Below are positions 10,503 through 18,602 of a stretch of DNA of 64,000 nucleotides, in pieces. A model generated the notes under the pieces. It worked only from the letters and a program-made list of their open reading frames with translations. It ran no database searches and was not told the DNA's origin. This DNA comes from Escherichia coli (GTDB lineage Bacteria; Pseudomonadota; Gammaproteobacteria; Enterobacterales; Enterobacteriaceae), in assembly GCF_051903065.1 (NCBI RefSeq), contig NZ_CP178438.1, one strand, 5' to 3'. Within the stretch, counting starts at the first letter, position 1. Every line of letters starts with the position of its first letter. A program made the translations under genes and the position numbers.

Positions 10503-11559
10503 GGCTTTGTTGAATAAATCGAACTTTTGCTGAGTTGAAGGATCAGATCACGTATCTTCCCGACAACGCAGACCGTTCCGTGGCAAAGCAAAAGTTCAAA
10601 ATCACCAACTGGCCCACCTACAATAAAGCCCTCATCAACCGTGGCTCCATAACTTTCTGGCTGGATGATGAAGCTATTCAGGCCTGGTATGAGTCAGCAA
10701 CACCTTCTTCACGAGGCAGACCTCAGCGCTATTCTGACCTTGCCATCACGACTGTGCTGGTCATTAAACGCGTATTCAGGCTGACCCTGCGCGCTGCGCA
10801 GGGCTTTATTGATTCCATTTTTTCTCTGATGAACGTTCCGCTACGCTGCCCGGATTACAGCTGTGTCAGCAGGCGGGCAAAGTCGGTTAATGTCAGTTTC
10901 AAAACGCCCACCCGGGGTGAAATCGCACACCTGGTAATTGATTCCACCGGGCTGAAGGTCTTCGGTGAAGGCGAGTGGAAAGTCAAAAAGCATGGCCAGG
11001 AACGCCGCCGTATCTGGCGTAAGCTGCATCTCGCCGTTGACAGTAAAACACATGAAATCATCTGCGCTGACCTGTCGCTGAACAACGTTACGGACTCAGA
11101 GGCCTTCCCCGGGTTAATCCGGCAAACCCACCGGAAAATCAGGTCAGCCGCCGCCGATGGCGCTTACGATACCCGGCTATGTCACGATGAACTGCGGCGT
11201 AAGAAAATCAGCGCGCTTATCCCTCCCCGAAAAGGTGCGGGTTACTGGCCCGGTGAATATGCAGACCGTAACCGTGCAGTGGCTAATCAGCGAATGACCG
11301 GGAGTAATGCGCGGTGGAAATGGACAACAGATTACAACCGTCGCTCGATAGCGGAAACGGCGATGTACCGGGTAAAACAGCTGTTCGGGGGTTCACTGAC
11401 ACTGCGTGACTACGATGGTCAGGTTGCAGAGGCTATGGCCCTGGTACGAGCGCTGAACAAAATGACGAAAGCAGGTATGCCTGAAAGCGTGCGTATTGCC
11501 TGAAAACACAACCCGCTACGGGGGAGACTTACCCGAAATCTGATTTATTCAACAAAGCC
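10503..11559 (+). mobile_element. IS903-type insertion sequence (IS5 family), about 1057 bp
   Basis: Terminal inverted repeats GGCTTTGTTGAATAAATC at 10503-10520 and its reverse complement at 11542-11559; internal transposase ORF; flanked by a 9-bp direct repeat. Confidence 0.9.
10535..11503 (+). CDS. IS903-group transposase
   Basis: 322-aa ORF (TTG start in the track; true start may be slightly internal); IS5/IS903-type transposase sequence. Confidence 0.85.
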   Translation: MKDQITYLPDNADRSVAKQKFKITNWPTYNKALINRGSITFWLDDEAIQAWYESATPSSRGRPQRYSDLAITTVLVIKRVFRLTLRAAQGFIDSIFSLMNVPLRCPDYSCVSRRAKSVNVSFKTPTRGEIAHLVIDSTGLKVFGEGEWKVKKHGQERRRIWRKLHLAVDSKTHEIICADLSLNNVTDSEAFPGLIRQTHRKIRSAAADGAYDTRLCHDELRRKKISALIPPRKGAGYWPGEYADRNRAVANQRMTGSNARWKWTTDYNRRSIAETAMYRVKQLFGGSLTLRDYDGQVAEAMALVRALNKMTKAGMPESVRIA

Positions 11560-11568
11560 CCTGTAACT
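11560..11568. repeat. 9-bp target-site duplication CCTGTAACT (right copy)
   Basis: See left copy. Confidence 0.85.
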
Positions 11569-11684
11569 CGAATAAAGAAAAGGGTGTGGTTCCTGATGTG
11601 AGCCGCATCACACTCTAACCCGTCGGGGATTAACGACGGGTTGTTCGTAAAACAGCAGTTGATAATTTCACAAGGAGTTCATAA

Positions 11685-12203
11685 ATTCCAACCCCATGTT
11701 ACATTTCAATTACAGGTCAGACCCAGGGGAACATCACTGCCGGTGCTTTCACCGCAGATTCTGTCGGCAATATCTACGTGCAGGGACACGAAGATGAAAT
11801 GCTGGTGCAGGAGTTTCTGCATAACGTTACTGTTCCAACCGATCCACAGTCTGGTCAACCTTCCGGGCAGCGCGCGCACAAACCGTTCATTTTCACCGTG
11901 GCGCTGAACAAAGCCGTTCCGCTGCTGTACAACGCGCTGGCCTCCGGTGAAATGCTGCCGAAAGTGGAGCTGCACTGGTGGCGTACTTCAGTTGAAGGCA
12001 AGCAGGAGCACTACTTCACCACACGTCTTACTGACGCGACGATTGTGGACATGAACCTGCACATGCCGCACTGCCAGGACCCTGCACAGCGTGAGTTTAC
12101 GCAATTGCTCGCAGTATCACTGGCATACCGTAAGGTTGAGTGGGAGCACATCAAATCCGGTACTTCTGGTGCCGATGACTGGCGTGCACCGCTGGAAGCA
12201 TAA
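11685..12203 (+). CDS. hcp: T6SS tube protein Hcp, apparent non-ATG (ATT) start
   Basis: Frame-0 translation IPTPCYISITGQTQGNITAGAFTADSVGNIYVQGHEDEML... follows a TAA stop at 11682-11684; AGGAG at 11673-11677 is 7 nt upstream of ATT 11685. The track called only the GTG at 11778. Confidence 0.75.
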   Translation: MPTPCYISITGQTQGNITAGAFTADSVGNIYVQGHEDEMLVQEFLHNVTVPTDPQSGQPSGQRAHKPFIFTVALNKAVPLLYNALASGEMLPKVELHWWRTSVEGKQEHYFTTRLTDATIVDMNLHMPHCQDPAQREFTQLLAVSLAYRKVEWEHIKSGTSGADDWRAPLEA

Positions 12204-12215
12204 ATCTGAGTCAAC

Positions 12216-12247
12216 AACATCCTGCCTTCGTGCAGGATGTTGTTTTT
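12216..12247 (+). terminator. Rho-independent terminator-like hairpin after hcp
   Basis: AACATCCTGC-cttcg-GCAGGATGTT followed by a T-run. Confidence 0.6.
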
Positions 12248-12423
12248 GTACGTGTAAAAAATGAGTGTCAGTAAGGAGTTACGCTTACATGAGGGAGATG
12301 GCGGATGCCGGAAACCCGGGCGGTAGCGTACCTGAAAATGTAAAGATGAGTGTAACGCTGCACTGGCACCCTTTGCTGCATGGTGAGAATCATTTGGTCC
12401 GTGAATAAATCAGGGAGGTCATT

Positions 12424-14823
12424 ATGTCCTTAAAAGGTCTGCGCTTTACGCTGGAGATTGACGGCCAGGAGCCGGACACCTTTGCAGTGGTGAATTTCAG
12501 GTTAATCCAGAACCAGTCTTATCCGTTTGTGATGAGTGTGGATGTTGCCAGCGACTCTTTTATGCAGACGGCGGAGATGCTGCTGGAGAAGAAGGCGACG
12601 CTGGCCATCTGGCAGGGCGCGGTGGCGCAGCGTTATGTCACCGGCGTGGTGGCGGGTTTTGGTATGCAGGAGAACAATGGCTGGCAGATGCGTTATCACC
12701 TGCGTATTGAGCCGCCGTTATGGCGGTGCGGGCTGCGGCAGAACTTCCGTATCTTCCAGCAGCAGGATATCCGGACGATATCGGCCACGTTACTGAACGA
12801 GAACGGCGTCACGGAGTGGACGCCGCTGTTTTATGAGGACCATCCGGCGCGGGAGTTCTGTGTGCAGTACGGGGAGTCGGACCTGGCGTTTCTGGCGCGG
12901 CTGTGGGCGGAGGAGGGAATTTTCTTCTTTGAGCGGTTTGCGGCGGACAGTCCGGAGCAGAAGCTGACGCTGTGCGACGATGTGGCGGGGCTGTCACAGG
13001 CGGGAGAGCTTCCGTTTAACCCGGACACATCGGCAGGAGCGGAGACAGAGTGTGTCAGTATGTTCCGTTATGAGGCGTATGTCCGCCCGTCGTCGGTGCA
13101 GAGCCAGGATTACACGTTTAAGGTGCCGGACTGGCCGGGGATGTATGAGCAGCAGGGTGAGAACCTGAACGGACAGCTGGCGCAGTATGAGATATTTGAT
13201 TATCCGGGAAGGTTCAAGGATGAACAGCACGGTAAGGATTTCACGCTGTACCAGATGGAGAGCCTGCGCAGTGATGCGGAAAAGGCCACAGGGCAGAGTA
13301 ATTCACCGAAGCTGTGGCCGGGAACGCGGTTTACGCTGACGGGGCATCCGCAGAAGATGCTGAACCGTGAATGGCAGGTGGTACAGAGCATTCTGTCAGG
13401 GGACCAGCCGCAGGCGCTGCACGGCAGCCAGGGGAGAGGAACCACGCTGGGAAATCAGTTAGAGGTGATACCGGCGGACCGGACGTGGCGTCCACGGCTG
13501 CAAAGCAAACCGAAGGTGGACGGGCCGCAGAGTGCCATTGTGACCGGGCCGAAGGGTGAGGAGATATTCTGCGACGAACATGGCCGGGTACGGGTGAAGT
13601 TCCACTGGGACCGTTATCACGGGATGACGGAGGCGAGTTCATGCTGGGTGCGGGTATCACAGGCGTGGGCGGGGCCGGGGTTTGGTAACCTGGCGATACC
13701 GCGGGTGGGTCAGGAGGTGATTGTTGACTTCCTGAACGGAGACCCGGACCAGCCGCTGGTCATGGGCCGGACGTACCATGAGGACAACCGTTCGCCGGGG
13801 AGCCTGCCGGGGACGAAGACGCAGATGACGATACGGTCGAAGACCTATAAAGGAAGCGGATTTAACGAGTTGCGCTTTGAGGACGCCACCAGTAATGAGC
13901 AGGTGTATATCCATGCGCAGAAGAACATGGATACGGAGGTGCTCAACGACCGGACAACGGATGTGAAACATGACCATACGGAAACCATCGGTAACGACCA
14001 GAAGATAACGGTGGTGAAGGGTCAGACGGTTCAGGTCGGTACAAAAAAAGAGGGGGGCCACGACCAGAGTATCACGGTGGCGAATGACCGGTGCATCACG
14101 GTACGTAATGACCAGACGCTGCAGGTGACGAATGACCGGACGGTGAGCGTGAGTCACGATGACGGTCTGTACGTAAAAAATGACCGAAAGGTGACGGTGA
14201 AAGGGAAGCAGGAGCATAAGACGACGGGTAACCACATCAGCCTGGTGGAGGGGAAGCACAGCCTGGAGGTGAAGGGGGACCTGGCGGAGAAGGTGAGTGG
14301 CGCGCTGGGGATAAAAGTGGACGGGGATATCGTGCTGGAGAGCAGCAGCCGGATAAGCCTGAAGGTGGGTGGCTCGTTTATCGTCATTCAGCCGGGCGGA
14401 GTGGATATTGCCGGGCCGAAGATAAACCTGAACGGTGGGGGCAGTGCGGGGACACCGGTGGGGACGATGCAGCCGGCGGTGCTGGAGGCTCCGGAGGATG
14501 AGAGCAGTGATGATGGCAGTGATGACTCCGGAGAGGATAGTGGCAATCCCGCAGGGAGTGACGGAGGAGGTGATGGCGGTGACGATGAAGATGATCCTGA
14601 AAAATATACCCTCCAGTTCCATTTTACGGACGATGACGGGATACCGTATTCAGAGACGCAGTATATTGCCTTTTTTGAGGATGGCACACAGACGCGTGGT
14701 GAAACAGACAGAGAGGGATATACAGAAATATTTTATACAGATACAGCACAGGAAATTAAAGTCCAATTGTTATTTTCGGATGCTTTTTATATTGAGCCGG
14801 AGGGGCATTATGGCAGGGAATAA
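12424..14823 (+). CDS. vgrG: T6SS spike protein VgrG with acidic linker and C-terminal extension domain
   Basis: 799 aa; gp27/gp5-like body, repetitive beta-helix (VKNDRKVTV...), acidic Asp/Glu/Ser-rich linker, then a ~65-aa C-terminal domain. Confidence 0.9.
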   Translation: MSLKGLRFTLEIDGQEPDTFAVVNFRLIQNQSYPFVMSVDVASDSFMQTAEMLLEKKATLAIWQGAVAQRYVTGVVAGFGMQENNGWQMRYHLRIEPPLWRCGLRQNFRIFQQQDIRTISATLLNENGVTEWTPLFYEDHPAREFCVQYGESDLAFLARLWAEEGIFFFERFAADSPEQKLTLCDDVAGLSQAGELPFNPDTSAGAETECVSMFRYEAYVRPSSVQSQDYTFKVPDWPGMYEQQGENLNGQLAQYEIFDYPGRFKDEQHGKDFTLYQMESLRSDAEKATGQSNSPKLWPGTRFTLTGHPQKMLNREWQVVQSILSGDQPQALHGSQGRGTTLGNQLEVIPADRTWRPRLQSKPKVDGPQSAIVTGPKGEEIFCDEHGRVRVKFHWDRYHGMTEASSCWVRVSQAWAGPGFGNLAIPRVGQEVIVDFLNGDPDQPLVMGRTYHEDNRSPGSLPGTKTQMTIRSKTYKGSGFNELRFEDATSNEQVYIHAQKNMDTEVLNDRTTDVKHDHTETIGNDQKITVVKGQTVQVGTKKEGGHDQSITVANDRCITVRNDQTLQVTNDRTVSVSHDDGLYVKNDRKVTVKGKQEHKTTGNHISLVEGKHSLEVKGDLAEKVSGALGIKVDGDIVLESSSRISLKVGGSFIVIQPGGVDIAGPKINLNGGGSAGTPVGTMQPAVLEAPEDESSDDGSDDSGEDSGNPAGSDGGGDGGDDEDDPEKYTLQFHFTDDDGIPYSETQYIAFFEDGTQTRGETDREGYTEIFYTDTAQEIKVQLLFSDAFYIEPEGHYGRE

Positions 14824-15613
14824 TAATACTAGTGGGACTTCACAACCCGAGTCGCAAGTATGTGTAGTACCGCAAAAAATTACAAATAAATTTAAAATAA
14901 TGATGAGTAAGGCTTGTAAAGCACAGAAAATGGTTTTATTGAAAAGAGCAGATGATATTATGTCATGGGAGGGGGAACAACAACGAGATTTTATTAAAGT
15001 TTTTGGCCTTAAAGGCGAGGACATTATAAAAATCAGAAAAGTTGGGGAAGATACTGGGAAACGAATGCAAGCGAGACTATTCATAATGGATGGCATCAGA
15101 CGAATAATGACGATTGCAAATGGTTTGACGATCGAAAGCTATAAAGATTATACGAACTGCAATGAATTTGCTGCTTTTATTAGTCCACATCTTGATCCTC
15201 CTTACATTGTAAATATCGGAGCGCATTTTGAATACAGACATGGTATAAAACAGTCGGTTACAGGTAGAGACTCTCATGTAAGTACACTTTGCCATGAAAT
15301 GTCCCATATATTTTGGTATTGGGGTGACAATCAAAAAGGTGGTATGTGGACTCAGGATTATACGGGTATTAATAAGTTCGCAACAAGTAATAAGGATGAA
15401 GTTAGCTATGAGAAACATGTTTCAGTGGCTAATGATCTGGTTACATTGCGTAAAGATCAGTTATTTGAGAATGCATATAATGTTGAAAGATATTTTTATA
15501 TAAAATTAAATGATGAAGATATTGAAGCTCAAGATGAGAATATGTTAGCAAAAAAAGTAGAGGATAAAATAAAAGAGATAGAAAAATGTTTTGATGAGTT
15601 GACGGGGAAATAA
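14810..15613 (+). CDS. Putative T6SS cargo effector, HExxH zinc-metallopeptidase-like
   Basis: ATG at 14810 overlaps the vgrG stop; AT-rich; HEMSH motif encoded at 15293-15307. The track's longer 14435 start lies inside vgrG and is rejected. Confidence 0.55.
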   Translation: MAGNNNTSGTSQPESQVCVVPQKITNKFKIMMSKACKAQKMVLLKRADDIMSWEGEQQRDFIKVFGLKGEDIIKIRKVGEDTGKRMQARLFIMDGIRRIMTIANGLTIESYKDYTNCNEFAAFISPHLDPPYIVNIGAHFEYRHGIKQSVTGRDSHVSTLCHEMSHIFWYWGDNQKGGMWTQDYTGINKFATSNKDEVSYEKHVSVANDLVTLRKDQLFENAYNVERYFYIKLNDEDIEAQDENMLAKKVEDKIKEIEKCFDELTGK

Positions 15614-15614
15614 G

Positions 15615-16364
15615 ATGAAGAGGTTGGCTTTCTATAATCTAAATTATGTTGTACTGATGGTTTTTTTTCTTTGTTTTTTGCCATTATCTATTGCAATTGC
15701 AATAGATAATGAGAATCTTTTTGTAAAAAAATACAGATTCGGTTTTGAACGAAGAAGTGACAATGGGAAACCAATTATTTATCTTAGCCATAATTTAGCG
15801 CCAGAGGAAAATATAAGTAATGAATTAACAAATGATGTTGTTGTTAAATTGGTGGTTAAGCCACATGCTGAAAATATTTTAGCTACTATAACTTTTTATA
15901 ACAGTAGTACTAAATCGTATTTTCTCCCCAGAATATATTATCCAAAGAACTTCCAAAAAGGAAATGGAGATGTATTTGATGCTTTGTGTGATGACGAATT
16001 CTTGATTACATCAGGAAATATTAGCTTAGACTATCTAGGAGGCTTTTGTCCCTTTGAGCTTGATTTGAATTTGAGCCGATGGGTGGAAATTACGGCAGGT
16101 AAAAAAATATCTTTTGATGTAAAATTGAATGATATGCATTCATTTCTCCCCAGTTTAAATAATTATCATATAAAAACATTAAACTACAAACTTGTTAGGA
16201 GAAAATGGTTTGTATTAAAATCAATTAATGAAACATTCCTCTCTATTTTGATGAAAAGATACTCATGTAATGAATATGATTTTAGAGCTATATCATTTAG
16301 TGGAGAGGGATGTGATAATTATGAATTTGATAAAAATACGTTTTTTTTGTTAATCAAATATTAG
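15615..16364 (+). CDS. Signal-peptide protein, candidate cognate immunity protein
   Basis: Start 1 nt after the effector stop; N-terminal hydrophobic signal (VVLMVFFLCFLPLSIAIA); AT-rich. Confidence 0.5.
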   Translation: MKRLAFYNLNYVVLMVFFLCFLPLSIAIAIDNENLFVKKYRFGFERRSDNGKPIIYLSHNLAPEENISNELTNDVVVKLVVKPHAENILATITFYNSSTKSYFLPRIYYPKNFQKGNGDVFDALCDDEFLITSGNISLDYLGGFCPFELDLNLSRWVEITAGKKISFDVKLNDMHSFLPSLNNYHIKTLNYKLVRRKWFVLKSINETFLSILMKRYSCNEYDFRAISFSGEGCDNYEFDKNTFFLLIKY

Positions 16365-16600
16365 ATAAAGATGATGAGCAACATTCTGTTCATATTAGGT
16401 CTAATGAATTTTCCATCAATATCGATGGAAGCTTGGTAAAGCAACCTTATTGATTAAAATGTATCGCAGGTTTTATTTTCTGTAATGCTGGTGCATGTGC
16501 GTAAATATTTCTTAAGAGCCGGAAACACCTCTTCCGCCTTTATCGACGATAAACCTACCGCCAGAACCGGTGATGCCATTGACTGCGGTGGCGTGGTTAA

Positions 16601-16941
16601 AGGTGGAGGGCGATGTGGTGCTGGAGAGCAGCAGCCGGATAAGCCTGAAGGTGGGCGGTTCGTTTGTGGTCATCCATTCAGGGGGCGTGGACATCGTCGG
16701 GCCGAAAATCAATCTCAATAGCGGCGGTAGTCCGGGAACGCCGGTGCCGACGCTGCAACCGGCGGTTCTGAAAGCGCTGGCAGATGATAAAAGTTTAGCG
16801 GCTGAGCAAAATGATAGTAATGCATCGTCCGATCAGAATGATAACAACGATGAGGGTGAGGAAGCGCCAGAAAAATCGGTGTGTAAGGAGTGCCTGAAAA
16901 GGGCGCAGGAAGCCGCCGCCGCTTTTGCGCCTCGTGGATAA
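16601..16941 (+). pseudogene. Orphan vgrG 3' remnant with a different C-terminal tail
   Basis: Nucleotide and protein similarity to vgrG 14310-14470 (VLESSSRISLKVGGSF.V.IQ/HSGGVDI.GPKINLN.GGS.GTPV), then a divergent acidic tail; no vgrG N-terminal body upstream. Confidence 0.7.
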
Positions 16942-16947
16942 GGGAGA

Positions 16948-17718
16948 ATGACGATGATAACAGTATCGCCACGCGCTACCGATCAAGACAAATATATTAT
17001 CTGGCTGAAGCAGGCTGAATCATTCTGTTCTGCCGCTGGTTTGGATTACATAGATGTGCTTGTTGACCAGGCTGGAACCGACCAACCTTTGCAAAATGAG
17101 ATACTTCATCTGTGGCCAGCCATTCACTGGTATGCCCTGTTTGAAGGAACGCCTGAAGCTGAGACGATGGAGTATTCCCCTGTAGTGTTACGCCTGTACT
17201 TTGCGCTCAGTAGCCATCGCAAATTTCTGGCACAACTGATGGCGTCATTTGCTGATACGCCGCGTCTTACTTTGTTGATATCCCCTCTTACATTCGACCT
17301 GCTGGGGCGGCATCTTCAGGTATTGTCACAGGTTCAGTGGGAAGAACAGACCGGATTGCTGCGTTACTATGATAATCGGGTGTTCCCTTTACTGTTCACA
17401 CATGTTTTGACTAACGAGCAGCAGGCGACATTTACTGATATTGCGTTGTTCTGGAGCTGGTTAGACCGTGATGGTGAGATTAACTGGAAATCAGGAAGTT
17501 TTTCACCAGAACGCAGGCTTACTGACAACCCGGAGATGAATCGGGTGGATGATGTACAGGTGGGATTGATGGGCTGTATCTGCGACGCTGAAGTCCTGAT
17601 GAAGGAGAAAGCAGTCAGTGAACTCAGTCAGGAAAGCTATTTTGCCCACTGTCTTGATATTGCTTTCAGAGCCAATGACGCGAAATATTTCGGAGCTTTG
17701 CGGGACTTCGAAGGATAA
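16948..17718 (+). CDS. Putative T6SS effector adaptor (DUF4123-like), low confidence on family
   Basis: 256-aa ORF between the vgrG remnant and the immunity/effector pair; position and size fit adaptor/chaperone genes. Start may be the third codon (16954). Confidence 0.45.
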   Translation: MTMITVSPRATDQDKYIIWLKQAESFCSAAGLDYIDVLVDQAGTDQPLQNEILHLWPAIHWYALFEGTPEAETMEYSPVVLRLYFALSSHRKFLAQLMASFADTPRLTLLISPLTFDLLGRHLQVLSQVQWEEQTGLLRYYDNRVFPLLFTHVLTNEQQATFTDIALFWSWLDRDGEINWKSGSFSPERRLTDNPEMNRVDDVQVGLMGCICDAEVLMKEKAVSELSQESYFAHCLDIAFRANDAKYFGALRDFEG

Positions 17719-18061
17719 TATTGTGGTGATGTACGGGGAGATTTATCTGTTTAAAAGTCCGTAGCTGTTAATATCAAGAGATAATCGTGAAATAAACGGA
17801 AAATCAAGCTCGACATGTAATGGTAGTATCCATCATGTTGCATTTGTGTTCGATCGTAATGTCAGTTCACTTGGCTGCAATATATTTTGCGTAATATCAT
17901 CAATGCTCTGTCGATATTCCAATGTGTGACAATCGAAAGATATGCATTTTATTTGCTTCTTTGTCAAAACTTTATTGTCGTAGAAACAATACCCATCAAT
18001 TAAAATCTCTCAAAGTAAAAGAACCAGCAACATGTCCAGCAAAATAAGGAAAAGTATCAGT

Positions 18062-18586
18062 ATGAGAGCGATTTTCAAATGTTATTCTCTAATGATTTTA
18101 TTTGCAGTATCAGGCTGTTCAATGGCAAAAAATAGCGGTGATTACACTGCTGTGGATATTAATGGGATAAATCATACGGATAAGGATATAAATTATATAC
18201 ACATCAATGGTTACGGCGGACCAAATATTGGTCCATTCGGAGACGGTGGAGGATATTGTTGCGTTATGCTGCCAGATAAGTGGCATTCTGGATTAAAAGC
18301 CCAGGTTGAATGGGAAATTACCCCAAATACAGTACCTCCGCCACCACTCTATAAGGATTGGGATAAATATCAGGCCTGGGAGAAAAAACTAAAAGAAAGT
18401 TACATTCAACATACCGCAATTGTTGATATCCCGGAATACGATGCTGAGCTTTGTGGCCTGACCGTTCATTTTCTAACGTGTAATCAGATTAAAGTGACAA
18501 CCGTCTGCCAGAAGTATGGCACACCGAATTATCCCATCAAAGAACCCCGCGAGATGAAGGAACCAGCAACATGTCCAGCGAAATAA
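18062..18586 (+). CDS. Lipoprotein, Tli-like candidate immunity for the adjacent lipase
   Basis: MRAIFKCYSLMILFAVSGC lipoprotein signal; AAGGA ~12 nt upstream. The track start at 18032 lies inside a duplicated 3'-end repeat and is rejected. Confidence 0.6.
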   Translation: MRAIFKCYSLMILFAVSGCSMAKNSGDYTAVDINGINHTDKDINYIHINGYGGPNIGPFGDGGGYCCVMLPDKWHSGLKAQVEWEITPNTVPPPPLYKDWDKYQAWEKKLKESYIQHTAIVDIPEYDAELCGLTVHFLTCNQIKVTTVCQKYGTPNYPIKEPREMKEPATCPAK

Positions 18587-18602
18587 GTGGTCTGGCTTTT
18601 CC

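Noticed and set aside
13657-14622. 321-aa minus-strand ORF, plus other antisense ORFs across 12.5-14.7 kb
   Set aside because: Lie within vgrG on the opposite strand or in alternative frames; biased composition, no start signals.
14435-14809. N-terminal extension of the 392-aa ORF preceding the HExxH protein
   Set aside because: This part overlaps the vgrG 3' end in another frame; the plausible start is the ATG at 14810 overlapping the vgrG stop.
18032-18061. Track start codon of the lipoprotein gene (MSSKIRKSIS...)
   Set aside because: The ATG is inside a duplicated copy of the gene's own 3' end; the signal peptide begins at ATG 18062, which has a better-placed RBS.
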